DNA of 5,007 nt, taken from the UHGV virus genome UHGV-0189409; one strand, 5' to 3'. Origin of the DNA: a virus. Positions 1 to 5,007 of the stretch are shown here, piece by piece. Within the stretch, counting starts at the first letter, position 1, and each line of letters opens with the position of its first letter. The position numbers and the translations under genes were made by a program. The notes below the pieces were generated by a model that ran no database searches, was not told the DNA's origin, and saw only the letters and a program-made list of their open reading frames with translations.

Positions 1-15
1 ATAGGAGTTGATTTT

Positions 16-978
16 TTGGATTTAGAAAATACTTTAAATACTTCTACAAATTTTATTAATGATTCTATTGCTAATTTTAATAATACTTATGATAGTTTAC
101 TAGGATTACAAAGATATAATAATTCTGTTGCGGCTGATATGGCACAGGATCAGCGAGCATGGTCTGCCCAGCAGGCCCAGCTTACACGTGATTTTAATTC
201 TGAGGAGGCTTATAAGAATCGTCTTTGGCAAGAAGAGATGTCTAATACTGCTTATCAAAGGCAGGTCGCCGATATGATTAAGGCCGGCCTAAATCCTATT
301 CTTTCTGTTTATAAAGGTTCCGGTGCTTCTACGCCTTCTGGTTCCTCTGCTTCTTCATCTACGCCTTCTGGTGCTTCTGCTTCGCCGGATACGTCTATTA
401 TCTCTGGTTTTGTCCAGCTCCTTTCTTCAGGGCTTAAGTCCATGACAGACTTAGCATCTTCTTCTACTTCAGCATTGGCCAATATGGCCAATGCTGAAAA
501 GCTAAATGAGGCTAATAAAGTTATCGCAAAGATGTACACGGATACCTCTCGAGAGACTACTAAGTATTCTGCCGACCAGGCTTATCAATCTGCCTTTATA
601 ACTGCTTTGCTCCATAAGATGGCGACCGAGTATGCCTCCGATAACTCTTTGGCTGGTGCTTATGCTTCTGCATCGGCGAGCAAGTATGCCTCTGACAATG
701 CTTTTGCCGCGTCTAAGTACGCGTCGGATAACTCTTTGGCTGCGTCTAATTATTCGGCAGATACTCGACATTTGGATGTCCTTAATACTAATGCTACTAA
801 TGCTATGACCTCTAGGTATTCGGCTGATAAGAGTTATAGTGGTTCTACTTATAATGCTGATAAGCATTATCAAGGTACTAAATATTCTTCGGATAAATCT
901 TATATGGCTAGTTTGTATACTGGTTTTATGAATTTTTTAGGTTCTGGTCTTAGTTCTGCTCTCCATGCTTTAAAGTAG
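16..978 (+). CDS. VP2: DNA pilot protein / minor capsid protein (VP2, phiX174 H analogue), 320 aa
   Basis: Contains the gokushovirus VP2 core motif NRLWQEEMSNTAYQRQVADMIKAGLNPIL...GASTPSG and has an Ala/Ser/Asn-rich helical composition. SD AGGAG at 3-7 precedes a TTG start at 16. Confidence 0.92.
   Translation: MDLENTLNTSTNFINDSIANFNNTYDSLLGLQRYNNSVAADMAQDQRAWSAQQAQLTRDFNSEEAYKNRLWQEEMSNTAYQRQVADMIKAGLNPILSVYKGSGASTPSGSSASSSTPSGASASPDTSIISGFVQLLSSGLKSMTDLASSSTSALANMANAEKLNEANKVIAKMYTDTSRETTKYSADQAYQSAFITALLHKMATEYASDNSLAGAYASASASKYASDNAFAASKYASDNSLAASNYSADTRHLDVLNTNATNAMTSRYSADKSYSGSTYNADKHYQGTKYSSDKSYMASLYTGFMNFLGSGLSSALHALK
325..384 (+). repeat. Imperfect 30-bp tandem duplication in VP2 (ASTPSGSSAS / SSTPSGASAS)
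   Basis: TCTACGCCTTCTGGT is identical at 328-342 and 358-372. The period is 30 bp and in frame. Confidence 0.85.
556..918 (+). repeat. 11-residue (33-nt) degenerate repeat tract in VP2, consensus about [ATG][ST]KY[AS][SA]D[NK]SxA
   Basis: YxxD units have Tyr at aa 184, 206, 224, 235, 246, 268, 279 and 290, with a further in-register Tyr at 301. The 16-mer GATAACTCTTTGGCTG occurs exactly at 640-655 and 727-742. Confidence 0.85.
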
Positions 979-993
979 GGTAGAGCGTATCGT

Positions 994-1039
994 TGTCACT
1001 CAGCACAGTTTGTACTTGATGTAACTGTGCTGAGTGACA
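994..1039 (+). other. Perfect 17-bp hairpin with ACTTGAT in the loop: putative viral-strand replication origin (VP4 nick site)
   Basis: TGTCACTCAGCACAGTT (994-1010) and AACTGTGCTGAGTGACA (1023-1039) are exact reverse complements. The loop TGTACTTGATGT contains ACTTG^AT, shared with the phiX174 protein A nick site CAACTTG^ATA. The site is intergenic and upstream of rep. Confidence 0.75.
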
Positions 1040-1040
1040 C

Positions 1041-1078
1041 AAAAAATACTTGACCTATTAATTTAGCATTGTTATAAT
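1041..1078 (+). promoter_or_regulatory. Near-consensus sigma70/sigmaA promoter with extended -10
   Basis: -35 TTGACC (1050-1055), 17-bp spacer, TG at 1070-1071, -10 TATAAT (1073-1078), and an upstream A-tract at 1041-1046. Confidence 0.85.
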
Positions 1079-1114
1079 TGAGGTAGAATAAATATTAGAT
1101 TGGAGTTATTAAAT

Positions 1115-1255
1115 ATGGATGATAAGAATCTTAATAAGATTATCAATGCAATATTTAAGCTTTATTACGTAAAAGTATTAGCTATAATTATTGTTTCTTC
1201 TATTTTTATTATTCTCGGTCTATTGGTTACTTTCCTCTTTTGGACAATGTTTTAA
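1115..1255 (+). CDS. Hypothetical 46-aa single-pass membrane protein (MDDKNLNKIINAIFKLYYVKVLAIIIVSSIFIILGLLVTFLFWTMF)
   Basis: Translated by hand because it is below the ORF-track cutoff. ATG at 1115, TAA at 1253-1255, SD GGAG at 1102-1105. It is the first ORF after the promoter and fills the gap up to the VP4 RBS. The C-terminal 26 residues are uncharged and hydrophobic. Confidence 0.7.
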   Translation: MDDKNLNKIINAIFKLYYVKVLAIIIVSSIFIILGLLVTFLFWTMF

Positions 1256-1281
1256 TATGGTCTTGCTTTTGAGGTGAGATT

Positions 1282-2298
1282 TTGTGTCTTAAGCCTTTAC
1301 ATGGATTTGTGATAGGAGAGACCGCAGGTGGAAAAAGAGATATTAAGATTTGTTCGAACTCTGTTGAGGCTATTCGTAAAACTGTTTCTGGTTGGGTGCC
1401 TTGTAGTCCTGTTTACGGCGATATTTATGCGTTTATTGATGTCCCATGTGGTCAGTGCATCGAGTGCCGACTTGCTTACTCTCGTCAATGGGCTTGTCGT
1501 ATGGTGTTAGAGGCGCAAAATTATGAGCATTGCTATTTTTTGACTTTGACTTATAATGATGATAATTTGCCTTTTTCTTATGTCCCGGATTTAGAGACCG
1601 GAGAAGCTGTTCCGGTTGGTACGCTCCGCAAAAAGGATTTGCAGGACTTTCATAAGCGTTTGCGTAGGCGTTTAGAGTATGCAGGTCGTGGCAATTTTAG
1701 GTATTATAGTTGTGGTGAGTATGGCTCACAGAGTTTCCGGCCCCATTATCATGGCATCTATTTTGGCCTCCAATTGGATGATTTAAAATTTTTGAAAAAC
1801 TCGTTTGATGGCTCTAGTTATTACACATCTGAGTTTTTATCTGAGACTTGGGGACATGGTTTTGTCCTTGTTGCTGACGTCACATTCGAGTCTTGTGCTT
1901 ATGTTGCTAGGTATACGACTAAGAAGCTTACTGGTGATTATAAGGAGTTTTATGAGACTTTTAATATTGCTCCTGAATTTAGTCTTATGTCCCGAAAACC
2001 TGGTATTGGTCGAGATTTTTTTGATGCTAATTGGCGAGATTTTTATAATCATGATGAGATTATTTTGCCATCTAAAAAAGGGTCGATTACCGTGAAACCT
2101 CCACGGTATTACGATAATATACTATCCAATTTGGATAGTGAGCTTTATGAAATTACGAAGGAAAGGAGAGTTGAGTGTGCTAAGATTACTCAACGCGAGA
2201 AGCTTTTGCAGACTAATTTATCTGTAGATGAATTAGCAGAGAATCGCAAGGAGCTATTTGAAAAGCGCTTAAAAATGCTTGTGAGAAAGGAGATTTAA
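1282..2298 (+). CDS. VP4: Replication initiator protein VP4 (HUH rolling-circle endonuclease), 338 aa
   Basis: N-terminal PCGQCIECRL, RCR motif I FLTLTY, GEYG..SFRPHYH (motif II, HUH), YVARYTTKK (motif III, two Tyr), MSRKPGIG and PPRYY. SD GAGGTG at 1271-1276 precedes a TTG start. Confidence 0.97.
   Translation: MCLKPLHGFVIGETAGGKRDIKICSNSVEAIRKTVSGWVPCSPVYGDIYAFIDVPCGQCIECRLAYSRQWACRMVLEAQNYEHCYFLTLTYNDDNLPFSYVPDLETGEAVPVGTLRKKDLQDFHKRLRRRLEYAGRGNFRYYSCGEYGSQSFRPHYHGIYFGLQLDDLKFLKNSFDGSSYYTSEFLSETWGHGFVLVADVTFESCAYVARYTTKKLTGDYKEFYETFNIAPEFSLMSRKPGIGRDFFDANWRDFYNHDEIILPSKKGSITVKPPRYYDNILSNLDSELYEITKERRVECAKITQREKLLQTNLSVDELAENRKELFEKRLKMLVRKEI
1328..1510 (+). CDS. Candidate overprinted 60-aa membrane protein in the +1 frame of VP4 (possible lysis protein)
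   Basis: GTG start with SD AGGAG at 1314-1318 (9-nt spacer). The product has a basic amphipathic N-terminus followed by hydrophobic LFLVGCLVVLFTAIFM. The function is inference only. Confidence 0.4.
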   Translation: MEKEILRFVRTLLRLFVKLFLVGCLVVLFTAIFMRLLMSHVVSASSADLLTLVNGLVVWC

Positions 2299-2300
2299 GT

Positions 2301-2420
2301 ATGCGGCATCGGTCTACAGTTCGGCCTAGCTTGGACATTCGATACTTTTCTCGGACTGCGAAGCGGACTAAGAAAGTCAATGTTAGGCCTAAGGTTATGC
2401 GCGGTGGTATCCGCTTATAA
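2301..2420 (+). CDS. VP8: Small basic DNA-binding/packaging protein VP8 (phiX174 J analogue), 39 aa: MRHRSTVRPSLDIRYFSRTAKRTKKVNVRPKVMRGGIRL
   Basis: Translated by hand. Arg/Lys-rich, with FSRTA..TKKVN and the C-terminal MRGGIRL signature of gokushovirus VP8. SD AAAGGAG at 2286-2292 lies inside the end of VP4. Confidence 0.92.
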   Translation: MRHRSTVRPSLDIRYFSRTAKRTKKVNVRPKVMRGGIRL

Positions 2421-2427
2421 TTTTTTT
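2394..2427 (+). terminator. Possible intrinsic terminator overlapping the VP8 3' end
   Basis: Stem TTATG-c-GCGG / CCGC-t-TATAA (2395-2404 with 2411-2420, one mismatch and one G-U pair), 6-nt loop, followed directly by T7 (2421-2427). The stem is weak. Confidence 0.35.
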
Positions 2428-2443
2428 AATTTAGTCTAGTTCG

Positions 2444-2491
2444 CAAAATAGATATTTTGTAACTTATTTGTAATCATTTGTAATATTTTGT
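2444..2491 (+). repeat. Phased direct repeats TTTGTAA x3 plus one partial copy, preceded by a near-palindrome; putative protein-binding site array
   Basis: TTTGTAA at 2456, 2467 and 2477, and TTTGT at 2487 (spacing 11, 10, 10). Dyad CAAAATA-ga-TATTTTG at 2444-2459. Confidence 0.7.
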
Positions 2492-2512
2492 CGATTAAAA
2501 GGAGTTTTTATT

Positions 2513-2770
2513 ATGCGTTTATTTGGTATTTTTGATAAAGTTTCTGGACATTATCTCGCTTGGCTTGTTGAGGCTAATTTAGGTACTTGTACTCGTGCTA
2601 TTAAGTCCCGTTTTGCCAACTCCAATTTTGATACTTTTTCTGGCGATTTTGCTTTGTATCATCTTGCCGATGTTGATGATACTACAGGTGTTATCTCTTC
2701 TGTAGAGCCTCTCTTGTGTTGCACCTTTGATGAGATTTTTAGGTCTACTGATGATGCAGTAGGGGAGTGA
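2513..2770 (+). CDS. VP5: Nonstructural protein VP5 (phiX174 C analogue), 85 aa
   Basis: N-terminal LFGIFDK and C-terminal DFALYHLADVDDTTGVI match the VP5 pattern (DF.LY.lg.fDd.tG.i). Size and position fit. SD AAGGAG at 2499-2504. Confidence 0.88.
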   Translation: MRLFGIFDKVSGHYLAWLVEANLGTCTRAIKSRFANSNFDTFSGDFALYHLADVDDTTGVISSVEPLLCCTFDEIFRSTDDAVGE

Positions 2771-2776
2771 TGATTT

Positions 2777-3262
2777 ATGGTTTTTGAGACTATTTTTTCT
2801 CGATTCAAGTCCGGCTGGAAGCCTAAGCATACTTACTCTGAGTGTGGCTCTCCTATAGTTGATGACTATTTGGCTGAGACCTCTCGCTTCGGTGATGTTA
2901 GCTTGACTAAGATTGGTACATCTAATTTGTATGAGCGTATCCAGAGCTATGCTGATAGCTGTGATATGGCTTTGCTCATATCCCGATATATGCAAGGAGA
3001 TACTACAGCCCTGAATCGTGTACAAGCTCTTTATGGAGATTTTACGGATGCGCCCAAATCTATCGCTGATGCTATTAGTCTTTTTGACCGTGTTTCTGCC
3101 GATTTTGCTAGTTTGCCTAGCGATGTCAAGGAAAAATTTGATAATGATCCTACTAAGTTTATTTCTTCTCTTGGAAGTCCTGAGTTTATGGAAAAAATGG
3201 CTGTAAATCCTCAGCCGGTTGCTCCGGCTGAATCTGTTGGTGAGGTGAGTGTAGGTGAATAG
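2777..3262 (+). CDS. VP3: Internal scaffolding protein VP3, 161 aa
   Basis: IQSYADSCD...LISRY..GD, YGDFT..P and F.SLPSDVKEKFDNDPTKF motifs are typical of gokushovirus VP3. SD GGGGAG at 2762-2767. The stop overlaps the VP1 start. Confidence 0.92.
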   Translation: MVFETIFSRFKSGWKPKHTYSECGSPIVDDYLAETSRFGDVSLTKIGTSNLYERIQSYADSCDMALLISRYMQGDTTALNRVQALYGDFTDAPKSIADAISLFDRVSADFASLPSDVKEKFDNDPTKFISSLGSPEFMEKMAVNPQPVAPAESVGEVSVGE

Positions 3263-4904
3263 AAATTCTAATGAGCGCTTTGCTACTGTTCCCGAGGCGC
3301 ATATTAGGCGCTCGAAATTTGTGATGCCGTCTCAGCTGAAAACTACTTTTAATGTAGGCCAGTTGGTGCCCTTTTTTTGTGAGGAAGTTTTGCCTGGTGA
3401 TACTTTTAATGTGAAGTCTTCGAAGGTCGTCCGCATGCAAACTCCCTTGTATCCTATCATGGATAATCTTTATCTGGATACTTATTATTTCTTCGTTCCT
3501 AATCGTCTGGTATGGAGCCATTGGGAGAATTTCATGGGTCAAAATGATTCATCTGCTTGGATTCCTCAAGTTGAGTATTCTGTGCCTCAGGTTGAGGCTC
3601 CTCCAACTGGTTGGCAAGTTGGTACGATTGCGGATTATTTTGGTATCCCTACTGGTATTCAAGGCCTTAGAGTAAATGCTTTGCCCTTTAGGGCTTACGG
3701 TCTTATCGTTAATGATTGGTTTCGGGACGAGAATTTGCAAAATCCTGTTAATATCCCTTTGAGCGATTCCAGTCGCCCCGGTAGTAATGGTGGTGATTAT
3801 GTACAGGATGTTTGCGGTGGCGGTAAGCCTTTTATCGTGTGCAAAAGGCATGATTACTTTACTTCTGCTTTGCCAAGTCCGCAGAAAGGCCCGGAAGTTG
3901 ATTTGCCTCTAGCTGGTGGTACTGCTCCCGTTTTTGCTTCTTCTTCTAATATCCCCCTAAGTCTTCAAACTAATGGTATTATCTTTAATTCATCTGTTGA
4001 TGCAAGTCCCGGTTCAGTCTATGAGTCTGCTTTTAAGGCTTCTGGTACGTCTTATGAATTATCTGCTAATACTGGCGCTCCATCTGCTGGTGAGTATAGG
4101 CATTTGTTTCCTGCTAATCTTTGGGCGCAGTTGGATGCTATTGGCAGTGTGTCTATTAATTCTATGCGAATCGCAATTGCCGCCCAGCAATTTTATGAGA
4201 AGCTTGCTAGAGGCGGTAGTCGGTATATTGAGACTATCCGCTCAATGTTCGGCGTAGTTAATCCGGATTATAGGCTCCAGCGTTCCGAGTATCTTGGAGG
4301 CGATCGCGTTCCTATCAATATCAATTCTGTTGTTCAGAGTTCTTCCGGTGTCACCGATAGCCCCCTTGGTAATGTCGGTGCCCAATCCGTCACTACCGAC
4401 CGTAATCAAGATTTTACTAAGTCCTTTACGGAGCATGGCTTTGTAATTGGTCTCATGTGTGTTCGCTACGACCATTCCTATCAGCAAGGTATCCGTAAAA
4501 TGTGGAGTAGAAAGTCTATGTTCGATTATTATTTTCCAATTTTCGCCAACCTCGGTGAGATGCCTATTAAAAATAAGGAGATTTATGCTACTGGTACTGC
4601 AAAAGATGATGAAGTGTTTGGTTATCAGGAAGCCTGGGCTGAGTATCGTTATAGGCCCTCTTTTGTTACTGGTGAGATGAGGAGTGCTTACGATAAGACT
4701 TTGGATAGTTGGCATTTGGCTGATTATTATGATGCTCAACCTTATCTTTCTTCCGGCTGGATTCAGGAAGATGGTAAGACCTTAGACCGTTGTCTTGCCG
4801 TGTCGTCTGATTTGTCGGCTCAGTTTTTCTGTGATATTGGTACTTGGCTTGAGGCTACTCGTCCGTTGCCCGTTTATTCTGTCCCCGGCCTCGATAAGAT
4901 TTAA
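3255..4904 (+). CDS. VP1: Major capsid protein VP1 (F family), 549 aa
   Basis: RSKF...KTTFNVGQLVP...EVLPGDTF, FFVPNRLVW, LPFRAY..I.NDWFRDENLQ, HDYFTSALPSPQKG, ARGGSRYIE, LQRSEYLGG, FTEHG, FGYQEAWAEYRY and RPLPVYSVPGL. SD GAGGTG at 3242-3247 precedes a GTG start. Confidence 0.98.
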   Translation: MNRNSNERFATVPEAHIRRSKFVMPSQLKTTFNVGQLVPFFCEEVLPGDTFNVKSSKVVRMQTPLYPIMDNLYLDTYYFFVPNRLVWSHWENFMGQNDSSAWIPQVEYSVPQVEAPPTGWQVGTIADYFGIPTGIQGLRVNALPFRAYGLIVNDWFRDENLQNPVNIPLSDSSRPGSNGGDYVQDVCGGGKPFIVCKRHDYFTSALPSPQKGPEVDLPLAGGTAPVFASSSNIPLSLQTNGIIFNSSVDASPGSVYESAFKASGTSYELSANTGAPSAGEYRHLFPANLWAQLDAIGSVSINSMRIAIAAQQFYEKLARGGSRYIETIRSMFGVVNPDYRLQRSEYLGGDRVPININSVVQSSSGVTDSPLGNVGAQSVTTDRNQDFTKSFTEHGFVIGLMCVRYDHSYQQGIRKMWSRKSMFDYYFPIFANLGEMPIKNKEIYATGTAKDDEVFGYQEAWAEYRYRPSFVTGEMRSAYDKTLDSWHLADYYDAQPYLSSGWIQEDGKTLDRCLAVSSDLSAQFFCDIGTWLEATRPLPVYSVPGLDKI

Positions 4905-4996
4905 CGTAGATAGGTTTTCTCTATTAGCATGACCTTGTTGTACTCCCTGCCGATTTCGTACAACTAGCGTGCCCGCTAATGTCCTTACCCACGTTA
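4902..4996 (+). other. Long nested imperfect stem-loop in the VP1-VP2 intergenic region; candidate complementary-strand (single-strand) origin
   Basis: Nested inverted pairs: TAACGT 4902-4907 / ACGTTA 4991-4996; ATTAGC 4923-4928 / GCTAAT 4975-4980; GTTGTAC 4937-4943 / GTACAAC 4958-4964. TAGCGT lies at 4965-4970. Confidence 0.5.
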
Positions 4997-5007
4997 TTTT
5001 ATATTAG

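Larger units (their letters stand above)
1..5007 (+). mobile_element. Microviridae (Gokushovirinae-like) ssDNA bacteriophage genome, probably a complete circle
   Basis: The full core set VP1, VP2, VP3, VP4, VP5 and VP8 lies on one strand in ~5 kb. The coding strand is T-rich and no host genes are present. The window starts at the VP2 RBS and ends ~100 nt after the VP1 stop, as expected for an opened circle with VP1 followed by VP2. No terminal repeat is visible, so circularity is inferred. Confidence 0.95.

Noticed and set aside
556..918. VP2 repeats or the 2456-2491 repeats as a CRISPR array or diversity-generating retroelement repeat pair
   Set aside because: The units are degenerate in-frame coding repeats or 10-11 bp motifs without unique spacers. 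No cas or reverse transcriptase gene is present.
994..1046. The 17-bp hairpin as an intrinsic terminator for VP2
   Set aside because: It is followed by an A-tract rather than a U-tract on the + strand and has no downstream U-tract on the - strand. The loop nick motif favours an origin.
1061..1088. Weak dif-like site on the minus strand (TTCTACCTCAA-TTATAA-CAATGCTAAAT) that could suggest XerC/D integration
   Set aside because: The right arm matches the E. coli XerD arm TTATGTTAAAT at only 8/11 and loses the inner TT. The left arm is poor, and the sequence is already explained by the promoter. An alignment to the host dif site would settle it.
1805..2095. 96-aa very hydrophobic +1-frame ORF inside VP4
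   Set aside because: No SD upstream, it overlies catalytic motif III, and Leu/Ile/Met richness is the expected by-product of T-ending codons read in the +1 frame.
2416..2421. TATAAT at the VP8 stop as a -10 box
   Set aside because: No -35 or TG extension at the proper distance; it arises from the TTA TAA codons plus the T-tract.
3018..3206. 62-aa hydrophobic +1-frame ORF inside VP3
   Set aside because: The nearest AAGGAG (2994-2999) is 18 nt from the GTG, too far for initiation, and the same frame artefact applies. It cannot be fully excluded as an E-like gene.
3973..4680. +1-frame ORFs 3973-4257 and 4447-4680 inside VP1
   Set aside because: No well-spaced SD, and their composition is explained by codon bias of the capsid gene.
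309..4739. All minus-strand ORFs in the track (309-539, 502-873, 1297-1488, 1837-2052, 2579-3025, 3186-3542, 3549-3851, 4242-4739)
   Set aside because: They are antisense shadows of well-supported genes with no recognisable motifs, and microvirus genes are encoded on one strand.

Overview
The window looks like a complete or near-complete ~5.0 kb circular ssDNA phage genome of the Microviridae (Gokushovirinae-like), linearised just before the VP2 ribosome-binding site. All credible genes are on the + strand, in this order: VP2 DNA pilot (16-978), a 17-bp origin-like hairpin and consensus sigma70/sigmaA promoter, an unannotated 46-aa membrane peptide (1115-1255), VP4 HUH replication initiator (1282-2298), small basic VP8 (2301-2420, below the ORF-track cutoff), VP5 (2513-2770), VP3 scaffold (2777-3262) and VP1 major capsid (3255-4904). 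A long nested stem-loop closes the window. The most interesting items are two candidate small membrane proteins in a genome with no recognisable lysis gene (one free-standing behind the main promoter, one overprinted in VP4 with its own Shine-Dalgarno), a phased TGTAA repeat array matching the WalR box upstream of the structural genes, an ssoA-like structure, and an 11-residue repeat tract in VP2. Family calls come from motif recognition by eye; no database search was run.
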